DNA of 64,000 nucleotides from Candidatus Daviesbacteria bacterium GW2011_GWA1_41_61 (GCA_000997385.1 LCBT01000003.1:892-64891), one strand, 5' to 3'; shown: positions 47,392-57,431, counted from the stretch's first letter. Made by a program: numbers and translations. Notes: generated by a model from the letters alone, not told the origin.

Positions 47392-48039
47392 ATGCCTTAC
47401 AGAGTTGTACCATTTGTGGATTTAGATTATTACCACCTTTATAATCGGGGTGTTGAGAAAAGATCAATTTTCTTAAACGATCGGGATTACCAACGTTTTT
47501 TACAGACGGTTTTCTATTATCAATTTAGTGATCTTAAGTTCCGTTTCTCTCGCCGTGATTCACCTTTAAACAAAAATTTTAATAATCACCCTAAATCCGT
47601 AGAGATAATTTGTTATTGTCTAATGCCCAATCATTTTCATCTTCTGGTAAGACAGATGAAGGATGGAGGAATCCATAAATGTATGCAGAGGACCTTGAAT
47701 AGCTATACAAAATATTTTAACACTAAACATAACAGGGTTGGACCTTTGCTTCAGGGAGCTTTTCGGGCTGTTCCTATTGAAACAGACCTTCAATTAATGC
47801 ATATATCCAGGTATATTCACTTAAATCCTTATGTCTCACATCTTGCTGAAGATCTAAAAACTTATCCCTATTCCTCATATCGGGGATTTATTGGGATGGA
47901 GGATGATTTTCTTTTTAACAAGCAACCAGTGATAGATTTTTTTAAGAACACCAGAGATTATAAGGAATTTGTGGTGGGGCACGGAGACTTTGCTAGGGAA
48001 TTGGAGACAATGAAGCATCTCCTTATGGAAGAAGAATAG
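47392..48039 (+). mobile_element. REP-associated tyrosine transposase (RAYT, IS200-like Y1 HUH)
   Basis: YHLYNRG...IF, CLMPNHFHLL (HUH), RYIHLNP (catalytic Tyr), YSSY; flanked by palindromes. Confidence 0.88.
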
Positions 48040-48044
48040 ACTAA

Positions 48045-48083
48045 TAGCCACGCTACATCGCTACATCGGGTGTGGCGAGACTA
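48045..48083. repeat. Right REP-like palindrome of the RAYT gene (31-bp unit plus 8-bp duplication)
   Basis: TAGCCA(CGCTACAT)x2CGGGTGTGGCGAGACTA. Confidence 0.8.
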
Positions 48084-48144
48084 AAAAGTTAGATATGGTT
48101 ATCAGGAGTGGTTAGAATGATTAGAGTAGTGTTACAATCAGTCG

Positions 48145-48717
48145 CTATAAGCAAAGCTTTCCTTTTGCTTCGGCCTGCCTGATAACCTCTCTGTTGGCTG
48201 ATCCTGTTGTACTAAGTTGTTTACCTGTTTCTGCTAAAGTGCGTGTGATTCCATCGAGCAATCCAAAACGGAATATTAAAACAAGGGCAGCTTTTTTGGA
48301 GCTGATTTGCATTAGTGCCCCTTCTATGCCTTCCACAATCTCTTCTTCCCTGTTAGGCGGAACTGGCAGTTGGGGAGCGTCATAAACTGCTGCCAATAGG
48401 CGGCTGTGCGGTAATATTAAAATTCCTTCTAAGTAATTTTTTAAATGGTTGATTAAATCAAATTTTAAACCAGATTCTAAAAATTCACTAAAGGAAAGCC
48501 TTAAAACATCGGCGTTTGTAGCAAACTTCGCTTGGATTTTGAGAGGTGGTTTCAACGGTTGCTGAAAAATAGTCTCGGGGCGCAAACGGTCTCCTAAGCT
48601 GGAAATTTGAGAAATAAGGGCATATCCGATACTATCTTGGGGGACCATTTCTTGGAGAGGAATCCATTGAGGGTTATCAGGTGATCTATTCATATACTCA
48701 TAGTATGTTTGAAACAA
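48145..48717 (-). CDS. Protein with a C-terminal sigma70 region 4-like HTH
   Basis: FRFGLLDGITRTLAETG...REVIRQAEAK. Confidence 0.6.
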   Translation of the reverse strand: MFQTYYEYMNRSPDNPQWIPLQEMVPQDSIGYALISQISSLGDRLRPETIFQQPLKPPLKIQAKFATNADVLRLSFSEFLESGLKFDLINHLKNYLEGILILPHSRLLAAVYDAPQLPVPPNREEEIVEGIEGALMQISSKKAALVLIFRFGLLDGITRTLAETGKQLSTTGSANREVIRQAEAKGKLCL

Positions 48718-48767
48718 AGTTAATAATCAACCTGATTGATTTTCTATCCTATTTCTGGTAAATTACT

Positions 48768-49904
48768 GTGAGTATGGTGATCAAAACGATCAATAAACAA
48801 CCTAAAGCTATTGTTGATATGGAAGTAACAGTCCCTTGGGCTGATATTGCCCCTAAATGGGATGAAATCTTACAGAAATTATCCCAAGATATTGAACTTC
48901 CAGGTTTTAGAAAAGGCCAAGCCCCACTTAATATGGTGGAGCAACAACTGGGCAGTAAGGTTCAGGATGAATTTTTAAAAATAGTGATGCCCCAAGCTTT
49001 GGTAGATGCCCTGCAAGGAACAGATGTAGTCCCTATCGATTACCCTAAATACCAATTAATATCTTTTACCAAAGGCCAGCCTTTAATTTTTAAAGCTACT
49101 ATCACTGAAAGACCTAAAGTAGAGGTGGGAGATTATAAAACTATTTCTGCCCAAAGACCGCCTATTAAGACTGTCACTGATGAGGAAGTTGAAAAAATTG
49201 TGGAAGATCTTTATAAAAGGTGGTCAGCAAAACAGTCGTCAGTAGTCAGCCCCCAGACCTCAGACCAAACAGTTGTCTCTGGTAATGGCTCTCCTTCTAC
49301 CCCTCAAGCTTCTGGTTCAATGTCTTTTAACCAACCTGCTGCTTCGGCAGCACAACCGGCAGCCGATTCATCTTTAATTGGACCGAGTGATACTTTTGCC
49401 CAAGCTATGGGAACTGGTAGTCTGGCAGATCTAAAAACTAAAATTAAAGCTGATTTAGAAAATGAAGCTAAATTTAATAACGAACTGGATTTTGAAGAAG
49501 CTATTTTACAAGAGGTAGAAAAGATTACCACCGTGGATGTCCCCCAGATATTAATTGAGGATGAGCTAAACAGGATGTTGGTCCAGCTGCAGAGAAGAGT
49601 CACCGAGATGGGGCTATTATTTGATGAATACTTAAAGAGCCAGAATGAAACAATGGATTCCTTAAAGGCTAAATGGACTCCCCAGGCTGAGAAAAATGTC
49701 AGGATGGAACTGGGTTTGGCTGAGATAGCCCGGCGTGAAGGAGTGGATATCACTGACCCTGAACTTCAGGCTGAAATTGATAAGATTCAAGATGCCAGGT
49801 TGAAAACTCAATTTGAGCAACAGGAGCCAAGGTTGCACCTTCGCCATTCACTAAGGCAGATTAAGACCCTTGATCTTCTCAAAAAGATGGTCCAAACCAT
49901 TTAA
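48768..49904 (+). CDS. tig: Trigger factor (FKBP domain replaced by a low-complexity linker)
   Basis: LPGFRKGQAP ribosome-binding motif and C-terminal domain. Confidence 0.9.
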   Translation: MSMVIKTINKQPKAIVDMEVTVPWADIAPKWDEILQKLSQDIELPGFRKGQAPLNMVEQQLGSKVQDEFLKIVMPQALVDALQGTDVVPIDYPKYQLISFTKGQPLIFKATITERPKVEVGDYKTISAQRPPIKTVTDEEVEKIVEDLYKRWSAKQSSVVSPQTSDQTVVSGNGSPSTPQASGSMSFNQPAASAAQPAADSSLIGPSDTFAQAMGTGSLADLKTKIKADLENEAKFNNELDFEEAILQEVEKITTVDVPQILIEDELNRMLVQLQRRVTEMGLLFDEYLKSQNETMDSLKAKWTPQAEKNVRMELGLAEIARREGVDITDPELQAEIDKIQDARLKTQFEQQEPRLHLRHSLRQIKTLDLLKKMVQTI

Positions 49905-49937
49905 AAAAATTTTCATATAAGGTACAATAGAAAGTAA

Positions 49938-50048
49938 TATCTTATTTTCTTTATGGAAAATAGGAGATATGTAGTGGACAATCTGGCTATGAAGACTAAA
50001 GTAGCAGTTTAAAGACACGTCCAGATAGTCCAAATTAAAAGGAGGTGT
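49938..50048 (+). promoter_or_regulatory. Structured 5' leader and SD of rpsU
   Basis: Two predicted hairpins after TACAAT (49923-49928); SD AAAGGAGGTG. Confidence 0.45.
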
Positions 50049-50059
50049 CTTTTAAAAAA

Positions 50060-50257
50060 ATGTCTATAGTTATTAAACGCGGTGCTAATGATTCAAACGA
50101 TGCAGTGATTAGAAAATTCCAAAGAAAAGTAGTCATGGAAAATGTCGTCCAGGAATACCGGGACCGGGAGTATCATAAAACTGAGGCCGATAAACGTCAG
50201 GAAAGACGGGCTGCCAGGCTACGTAAAATTATGAAGGTGTCAAGATATAACAGCTAA
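50060..50257 (+). CDS. rpsU: 30S ribosomal protein bS21
   Basis: IRKFQRKV...REYH; Arg-rich; upstream of yqeY. Confidence 0.8.
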   Translation: MSIVIKRGANDSNDAVIRKFQRKVVMENVVQEYRDREYHKTEADKRQERRAARLRKIMKVSRYNS

Positions 50258-50700
50258 TGCTAATTGACCATCTGCAGGACGATTTAAGACAAGCTCAGCT
50301 TCAAAGGGATGAAGTGAAAGTTTCAGTGTTAAGAATGCTAATCTCCGAGGTCAAATATGCTCAAATTGCCAAAGGAGAAGAACTTTCTGATCAGGATATA
50401 ATCTCGGTGATTTCCCGTGAGGTTAAAAAAAGGAGAGAGGGGGCAGCAGGTTTCCGTCAGGGAGGCAGGGAGGAAGATGCTCAAAAAGAAGAAGCTGAAG
50501 CTCAAATTTTGCTGTCTTATTTACCATCTCAACTTGCAGATGAGGAGTTGACTAAAATAATAGAAGAAGCTATAAAAAAGGTTGGGGCTTTCTCTGTTGC
50601 TGATATGGGCAAAGTAATGTCTGAGGTAATGGGCAAAACAGCTGGCAGAGCAGAAGGAGCAAGGGTTTCTGCACTGGTAAAAGAGAAGTTGTTAAGCTAA
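50257..50700 (+). CDS. yqeY: GatB/YqeY domain protein
   Basis: KKRRE, YLPSQL, DMGKVM, GRAEG. Confidence 0.92.
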   Translation: MLIDHLQDDLRQAQLQRDEVKVSVLRMLISEVKYAQIAKGEELSDQDIISVISREVKKRREGAAGFRQGGREEDAQKEEAEAQILLSYLPSQLADEELTKIIEEAIKKVGAFSVADMGKVMSEVMGKTAGRAEGARVSALVKEKLLS

Positions 50701-50728
50701 TGAACAAGTTTATTGTTTACTCAATAAT

Positions 50729-51142
50729 ATGATTAATATCATTATCACATCTGATCCGAGGTACAGTATCAACCGGACCGTTATTTACACAGCAATCGTT
50801 AATGTCTTAAGGCGGGAGCATGTTTTAGGAAATGTTGAGCTTGAGGTGAGTATAGCAGGCAACAGGAAGATGCACGAGCTTAACAAAAAGTACTGTGGTT
50901 TAGACTATCCGGCTGATATTTTGACTTTTGCCCTGGAAGATCCTCACCCCCAAAATCTGCAACTTTTACCCAGAATGGGGTTTATAGCTGCTCCGGATAA
51001 GATTTTAAGGTTAGGTTCTATTTGTATCTCCTACTCTCAGGCAGTAGAGGATGCCTCTTTAGAAGGAATTTCGGTGGAAGATGAGATAATTTTTTTGGTG
51101 GAATACGGAACTAATCATTTGCTGGGTATACACCATGGATAG
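50729..51142 (+). CDS. ybeY: rRNA maturation endonuclease YbeY
   Basis: LNKKY...PADILTF, LGSICIS, variant metal motif EYGTNHLLGIHH. Confidence 0.85.
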   Translation: MINIIITSDPRYSINRTVIYTAIVNVLRREHVLGNVELEVSIAGNRKMHELNKKYCGLDYPADILTFALEDPHPQNLQLLPRMGFIAAPDKILRLGSICISYSQAVEDASLEGISVEDEIIFLVEYGTNHLLGIHHG

Positions 51143-52781
51143 TGGCAGAGTTCTTTATCGAAAACACCGCCCTCAGAGTTTGGATGAGTTAATTGGCCAA
51201 TCTCTGGTTAAACAATCTCTTAGCTTTGCCATTTCTTCTGGCAAGCTGTCTCACGCTTATTTGTTGTATGGTCCACGGGGAACCGGCAAAACTTCCACCG
51301 CCCGGATTTTGGCCAAGATAGTTAATTGCGAGAGTCAAGAGCCAAATTTACCATGTAATCAATGTTCCTCTTGTCTTTCTATTACTGATGGTTCAAGCTT
51401 GGATGTTATTGAGATGGATGCAGCTTCCAACCGGGGCATTGAGGATATCCGAACACTTCGAGAGAATATCAAACTAGCCCCCTCCTCTTCTAAAAAAAAG
51501 GTTTATATTATTGATGAGGTCCATATGTTGTCCCCTGATGCTTTCAATGCCCTGCTGAAAACTTTAGAAGAGCCTCCTTCCCATGTGATGTTTATTTTGG
51601 CCACGACCGAAATTCAGAAGATCCCCCAAACTATTTTATCGCGGGTCCAAAGGTTAGATTTTAAATTAGCTTTAGTGGAAGAACTGGTTGAAGCCTTAAG
51701 TAAGGTGGCGGAAAAAGAGAAGATTGATATTGACTCTGAAGCGCTTTTGTTGGTAGCTAAAAAAGCCGGGGGAAGTTTTAGGGATGGAATTAAATTTTTA
51801 GATCAACTCTCTTCTTATGGGAAGATTGATCCTGCTGTAGTGGAGGAAGTTTTGGGGGCAGGAACTTTTACAGCTTTGGTAGAACTTCTCCAGTATATTG
51901 TCTTAAAAGATAGCCCAAAAAGTTTACAAAGTTTGATAGATCAGTTCAGTAGCGGGAATAATGTTAAAGAGCTGACTGTTTCTTTGTTGGACATTTTAAG
52001 GCAGTTGCTGTTTATTAAAAATAAGATGGGGGAAACTTTAGTTAAACCAGAGGTTGGTGAAGAAAAGTACCCTCATCTGCAGGATTTAGCTTCTAAATTT
52101 GATTTAGAAGATCTACTTTTTACTATTGATGTTTTTCACAAAAGTCTGGAACAGGGCAGGTTTGTCACCATTGCTACTTTGCCGCTGGAGGTGGCAGTGG
52201 TGGAGAGCTGCCAAAGAGGAAACAGTAAGTTAGAAGTAAAAAGTGAAAAAGTCAAAACAGATGCAAGTGCTAAAAGATTTAATGACGACCAAAAAGATGA
52301 AGGGATAAAAATTGCTCAAGTTCATCAAAAGAAAGAGGGTGAGTGTGTAGAGCTGCCGCCACAGGTGGGAGTGTTTTTAAATGAGGCTTCTGGTGAGGAG
52401 TCCCATAAGGCAGAAAGTGCAAGCTCTCCTTTGGATATTCAAAAGATTGCGGAAAAATGGAGCTATATTTTAGAGACAGTCAGACAGGATAATTATTCTT
52501 TGGAAGCCTTACTGCGGTCATCAAAGATAATTCATTGCGATGAGGTAGGGGTGATTTTTGAGGTGCCTTATACTTTTCATCAGCGGATCTTGGAAGCTCC
52601 CAAATCCAGGGACTTGGTGGAGTCAATATTAAGTGACATTTTGGCAAGACCGGTCAAGATTTCCACTGCCTTAGCTAAGAAAAAAGTGGAAAGAGAAGAG
52701 TTGGCCAATGTGGAGGTAGCAGCTGATGATGAGATTATAAGAATTGCTTCCGAGATCTTCAATTCAGAGACAGTTAACTAG
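51135..52781 (+). CDS. dnaX: DNA polymerase III subunit gamma/tau
   Basis: LYRKHRP, GPRGTGKT, EMDAASNRG, IDEVHML, LLKTLEEPP. Confidence 0.97.
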   Translation: MDSGRVLYRKHRPQSLDELIGQSLVKQSLSFAISSGKLSHAYLLYGPRGTGKTSTARILAKIVNCESQEPNLPCNQCSSCLSITDGSSLDVIEMDAASNRGIEDIRTLRENIKLAPSSSKKKVYIIDEVHMLSPDAFNALLKTLEEPPSHVMFILATTEIQKIPQTILSRVQRLDFKLALVEELVEALSKVAEKEKIDIDSEALLLVAKKAGGSFRDGIKFLDQLSSYGKIDPAVVEEVLGAGTFTALVELLQYIVLKDSPKSLQSLIDQFSSGNNVKELTVSLLDILRQLLFIKNKMGETLVKPEVGEEKYPHLQDLASKFDLEDLLFTIDVFHKSLEQGRFVTIATLPLEVAVVESCQRGNSKLEVKSEKVKTDASAKRFNDDQKDEGIKIAQVHQKKEGECVELPPQVGVFLNEASGEESHKAESASSPLDIQKIAEKWSYILETVRQDNYSLEALLRSSKIIHCDEVGVIFEVPYTFHQRILEAPKSRDLVESILSDILARPVKISTALAKKKVEREELANVEVAADDEIIRIASEIFNSETVN

Positions 52782-52835
52782 GAATATTATTTTACTGTAT
52801 TGACTGTGGACTATCAATAATATTAATCTAGGCTC

Positions 52836-54128
52836 ATGTCTTCAAAGGTTTTTAAATTGATTGAAAAGGAAAAGAAACGCCAGCTGATAGGGCTGGAGAT
52901 GATCCCTTCGGAAAATTATGTTTCCTCTGATGTTCTAAAAGCTTTAGGATCAATTTTAACTAACAAATATTCTGAAGGTTTTCCTAAAGCCCGGTATTAT
53001 GGTGGGAATGAAGTGATTGATAAGTTAGAGATCTATGCTCAAAACCTGGCCAATAAGTTATTTGGCACCAAGTATGCTTTTGTCCAACCTTACTCCGGTT
53101 CCCCGGCTAATTTTGCTGCCACTATGGCTGTCTGTGATCCCGGTGATGTAGTAATGGGACTGGCCTTATCTTCAGGAGGACACCTAACTCATGGGGCTAA
53201 CCTTTCTTTTTCCAGTATTTTTTATAAAGCTGTTAACTACACTGTAGGCAAGGACTGGAAAATAAATTTTGAAGAGCTGGAAGACTTAGCAAAAAAACAC
53301 AAACCAAAGCTTATTTGGGCAGGTACCACCGCTTATCCTTTTAAGCTGGATTACTCCAAGTTTAGAAAAATTGCTGATGAAGTTGGGGCATGGCTGGTAG
53401 CTGATATCTCTCATATTTCCGGTTTGATTGTGGGAGGAGTCCATCCTTCCCCGGTCAAGTATGTAGATTTAATTACTACCACTACTCATAAAACTTTAAG
53501 GGGACCTAGAGGAGCGATGATTTTGGTAACTGACAGAGGTTATAAAAAAGATCCGGAGATCAAAGGGAAGATTGAGAAGGCTATTATTCCAGGACTACAG
53601 GGAGGGCCACATAATCATCAAACAGCAGCTATTGCTGTAGCTTTGGAAGAAGCTTTAAAACCAAGTTTTAAAAGATATGCTAAACAGGTAGTGAAAAATG
53701 CTGCTGTTTTGGCTGCAGAGCTAGGCAGTAAATCAGAAAATCATCTTATTTTATTATCCTTGGAAAGTTATGGATATGGTATGGGTTATCAGGGTCAGGT
53801 AGCTTTAGAGGCAGCGGGAATTACAATTAATAAAAATACTATTCCAGGGGAACCAGTTTCCCCTTTCTATCCTTCAGGGATAAGATTAGGCACTCCGGCT
53901 TTAACTTCCAGAGGGATGAAGGAAAAGGAAATGGTAAAAATTGCCGGTTGGATCAAAGAAGTTTTGGAAGAAATCAGAGGTTTGGATTTACCAAAAGAAC
54001 AGGAACTCCGAAAAGAGTTTATTAAGAGTGTAAAAGTTAAGATGAAGAAAAATCCTAAACTAAAGAAAATCAGACAAGAAATTGCTAAATTTGCCTCCAA
54101 ATATCCAGTGCCTGGAATTGACTCCTAA
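52836..54128 (+). CDS. glyA: Serine hydroxymethyltransferase
   Basis: PSENY, NKYSEG, GGHLTHG, TTTTHKTLRGPRG, GIRLGT. Confidence 0.97.
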   Translation: MSSKVFKLIEKEKKRQLIGLEMIPSENYVSSDVLKALGSILTNKYSEGFPKARYYGGNEVIDKLEIYAQNLANKLFGTKYAFVQPYSGSPANFAATMAVCDPGDVVMGLALSSGGHLTHGANLSFSSIFYKAVNYTVGKDWKINFEELEDLAKKHKPKLIWAGTTAYPFKLDYSKFRKIADEVGAWLVADISHISGLIVGGVHPSPVKYVDLITTTTHKTLRGPRGAMILVTDRGYKKDPEIKGKIEKAIIPGLQGGPHNHQTAAIAVALEEALKPSFKRYAKQVVKNAAVLAAELGSKSENHLILLSLESYGYGMGYQGQVALEAAGITINKNTIPGEPVSPFYPSGIRLGTPALTSRGMKEKEMVKIAGWIKEVLEEIRGLDLPKEQELRKEFIKSVKVKMKKNPKLKKIRQEIAKFASKYPVPGIDS

Positions 54129-54161
54129 AATGAATATTTTTTAGATATAATATTTATCCTT

Positions 54162-54995
54162 ATGAAAAATTCAAAAATCATTGATGGGAGGAAGTGGGCA
54201 AAGGTCCATGAGGAGAAGCTTGGGGAAAAGATCAAAAAGTTAAAGAGGGTACCTCGTGGAGAAAATATTTTGATAGGGAACGACCCTTCTTCTGTCCTTT
54301 ATACTAAGATTAAAGAGAATAAGGCTGGGGAATTAGGAATAGACTTTAAAACAACTAGGTTGCCAGCTGATGATAGTAGTTTTGAGAGTGTAGTCCGATA
54401 TATTATCCACCAGCTAAACAGGCCAAACGGTCCTGATGGAATTATGATTCAGCTTCCCATTCCGGAGGAATTCTTACAAGGAAGATCTGAAAAAGAGCTG
54501 TTGAAAGCTATTGATCCTCAAAAGGACATTGATGGATTAACAGGTAAAGGTCCTTTTCCCCCTGCTGCTGTGGGAGCTATTTTGTCCCTCTTAAAAGATG
54601 AAGGAATAGAGATAACTGGGAAAAAAGCAGTAGTGGTAGGGGCTTCTGATTTAGTGGGTAAGCCTGCAGCTTTAGAATTAGAAAAATTAGGTGCTGAGGT
54701 GGAGATCTGTGACAGTAAAACAGAAGACCTGAAAACCAAAACTCTAGCAGCTGATATTTTAGTTTCTGCTACAGGAGTGCCAGGACTTATTCAAGGGGAT
54801 ATGATAAAGGAAGGAGTGGTAGTGATAGATGTGGGGGCAGAAAAAGTTAAGGGTAAAATAGTAGGGGATGTGGAATTTGAATCTGTTTATCCTAAAGCCT
54901 CTAAAATTACTCCGGTCCCCGGGGGAGTAGGACCAATGACAGTAGTGACTTTAATGGAAAATCTGGTACAATTAACAAGAGGTAATAGTGAGTAA
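54162..54995 (+). CDS. folD: Methylenetetrahydrofolate dehydrogenase/cyclohydrolase
   Basis: GIMIQLP, KDIDG, VGKP, TPVPGGVGPMT. Confidence 0.93.
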   Translation: MKNSKIIDGRKWAKVHEEKLGEKIKKLKRVPRGENILIGNDPSSVLYTKIKENKAGELGIDFKTTRLPADDSSFESVVRYIIHQLNRPNGPDGIMIQLPIPEEFLQGRSEKELLKAIDPQKDIDGLTGKGPFPPAAVGAILSLLKDEGIEITGKKAVVVGASDLVGKPAALELEKLGAEVEICDSKTEDLKTKTLAADILVSATGVPGLIQGDMIKEGVVVIDVGAEKVKGKIVGDVEFESVYPKASKITPVPGGVGPMTVVTLMENLVQLTRGNSE

Positions 54996-55036
54996 GTTGT
55001 AGGTGGTACTTAGAAGACTAAAACCTAAAAACTAAG

Positions 55037-55315
55037 ATGGGAATGTTTGATAAATTAAAACAACTGGGTGATTTAAAAAAGATGAGGGACTCTGCTTTAG
55101 AGGTCCAAAAAAGGCTTAGTGGTATTAAGATTACTGTGGAACACAAAGGTGTGACAGTAGTGATGACTGCTGACCAAAAAGTAGTTTCCATCTCTGGGGA
55201 TAATGACCTGGACAAGGTAGCAGAAGCAGTTAATGAAGCTTTAAAACAATCCCAAAAAGTAGCTGCTGAAGAGATGAAAGGCCTGATGGGTGGCCTAGGC
55301 CTCCCCGGAATGTAA
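55037..55315 (+). CDS. ybaB: YbaB/EbfC nucleoid-associated protein
   Basis: AVNEAL, GLGLPG tail; upstream of recR. Confidence 0.85.
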   Translation: MGMFDKLKQLGDLKKMRDSALEVQKRLSGIKITVEHKGVTVVMTADQKVVSISGDNDLDKVAEAVNEALKQSQKVAAEEMKGLMGGLGLPGM

Positions 55316-55392
55316 GTTTTCTCCTATAAACCTAATAATTGTTAGGTTTACACTATAAACTTAGCCTGTAATTTGTTAAAATACTTTTTGTT

Positions 55393-55989
55393 ATGGCAAC
55401 GGTTCCCAAGGTGGTGAAAGATTTAATAGAGGCTTTTGAAAGATTGCCTGGTATAGGTCCTAAAACTGCCCAAAGGTTAACTTACCATTTACTTCATGCT
55501 CCTTTAGAAGAAGCTCAGGCTTTAGCTAAAGCTGCTTTAGATCTTAAAGAAAAAACAGTTATTTGCCAGGTTTGTTTTAATATCTCCGAAACTAGTCCTT
55601 GTGAGATAGATCAAGATCCCAGCAGGGATAGAACTACCATTGCTGTCGTAGAAGATCCCTTAGATGTGTTAGCCTTAGAAAAGGCTAACTTTAAAGGACT
55701 TTACCATGTGCTACATGGGGCCATCTCTCCTTTGGAAAGCATTGGCCCGGAAGAGTTAAGAATCCGGGAACTTTTACCTAGGTTAAAAGACGGTACTATC
55801 AAGGAGGTTATTTTAGCTACTAACCCTACTATGGAAGGGGAAGCTACTGCCATGTATATTGACAGGTTGATTTCTCCTTTGGGGATTAAAGTAACCAGGA
55901 TTGCTCGGGGTTTACCGGTAGGCGGGGACATCGAGTATGCTGATGAGACAACTTTAAGCAGGGCCTTAGAGGGGAGAAAAGAATATTAA
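55393..55989 (+). CDS. recR: Recombination mediator RecR
   Basis: [38 protein letters not shown]. Confidence 0.97.
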   Translation: MATVPKVVKDLIEAFERLPGIGPKTAQRLTYHLLHAPLEEAQALAKAALDLKEKTVICQVCFNISETSPCEIDQDPSRDRTTIAVVEDPLDVLALEKANFKGLYHVLHGAISPLESIGPEELRIRELLPRLKDGTIKEVILATNPTMEGEATAMYIDRLISPLGIKVTRIARGLPVGGDIEYADETTLSRALEGRKEY

Positions 55990-56082
55990 TTTTGGACAGA
56001 TTTGGACACATCATGTTCTATTTAAAACCACAATACTACCAAATCGTCCATCACATATCGTTAGTTTATGAGTAATTAGTTT

Positions 56083-57384
56083 ATGTTATTAACGTATAAA
56101 CTTAAAAATGGCTTAAATGTAGCTACTTATTCTATCCCAGAGATGAGGTCGGTTTTTTTATGGATGGCTGTTAAGGGAGGATCAATCTTTGATACTAAAG
56201 ATACGGCTGGAATTGCCCACTTTGGAGAACATCTGTTAGTTCAAGGTATTCCTACTTTACCAAATGTGGAGGATTTTTCTAATTTTTTAGAAAGTTTAGC
56301 TGCCAGCTACAGTGCTGCTACCAGCCCTCAATATATCCGTTTTAGCATTAATGCCCCAGCTGCTCATTTGTCAAAAATCACCAGGATTGCCAGTGAGGTT
56401 TTCTTCTCCCCCCTGTTTCCCCAAGATGCTATTGAAAGAGAGAGAAGGGTCATTGTAGAAGAGATTAAGGAAAAACAGGATACTTTAGAATATAAAATAT
56501 ACCAATTTTTTGCCCAAAACAGATTTACCGCTAACCATCCGATGCAACTTGAAACGGCTGGGGATGAGAAGGTAATCAAAAAATTAACCAGAGAAGATTT
56601 AGTAAAATGGTGGACAACCTATTTTTATCCTGAAAACACCTACCTGGTATTGGTGGGAGGTTTCAAAAATGATCAAGGCAGGCAGTTAATCGAAGAATTT
56701 TTTGCCAAGTATCCAGCCTTGGAGAAAAAGTTAGAATTTCCTAAGTTTACCAACCAGTATTTAAAAGATAGGTATGTGGCTATTAGAGAAGATAGGAAAC
56801 TTAAAACAACCTATTTGGATTTGACTTTTCCCTCTATTGATGAAAGTCAGCCTCTTGAGGAAAGGATCTGCCGGGCTTTAGTGAAAAATATTTTAGGAGG
56901 GTTGAGGGGAAGCAGACTTTACCGGCTACTTAGGCAAAGAAGAGGTTTAGTCTATAGCGTGGGAGCAGGTTCAATAGCTTATCAGCGTTTTGGCTATGCC
57001 TACATCTCCAGCCAAGTGGCTGCAGAAAAGTTAGAAGAAGTTATCAGGCTAATAGCTAAAGAACTAGCAGTTTTTTATAAAACTGGACCAACTCAGGAGG
57101 AACTGGATTTTGCCAAAAACCATCATACAAACAGGGCACTGATGCACTGGGATCACCCTTCAGCTATTGCTGATTGGATAGCCGGGGATTTGATGTGGGA
57201 AGATAAAATTTACATTCCGGAAGAATATGTAGATTTGGTGGAAAGAATAAATCTTAAAGATATTAGAGAATTTATAAAAAAATACTGGGATTTTAGTAAA
57301 CTGGGTTTAACCATTCAAGGACCAGTAGAGAACTCTAAGGAAAATAGAAAGAAGTTTGAAAATTTAGTGGCAGAGATTAAGTGA
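56083..57384 (+). CDS. M16 family zinc peptidase
   Basis: HFGEH (HxxEH), SRLY..LRQRRGLVY. Confidence 0.88.
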   Translation: MLLTYKLKNGLNVATYSIPEMRSVFLWMAVKGGSIFDTKDTAGIAHFGEHLLVQGIPTLPNVEDFSNFLESLAASYSAATSPQYIRFSINAPAAHLSKITRIASEVFFSPLFPQDAIERERRVIVEEIKEKQDTLEYKIYQFFAQNRFTANHPMQLETAGDEKVIKKLTREDLVKWWTTYFYPENTYLVLVGGFKNDQGRQLIEEFFAKYPALEKKLEFPKFTNQYLKDRYVAIREDRKLKTTYLDLTFPSIDESQPLEERICRALVKNILGGLRGSRLYRLLRQRRGLVYSVGAGSIAYQRFGYAYISSQVAAEKLEEVIRLIAKELAVFYKTGPTQEELDFAKNHHTNRALMHWDHPSAIADWIAGDLMWEDKIYIPEEYVDLVERINLKDIREFIKKYWDFSKLGLTIQGPVENSKENRKKFENLVAEIK

Positions 57385-57431
57385 GAGGTTGCAACTGTCG
57401 CCTGTAAACTATAAACTGTTAATTAGTACTT

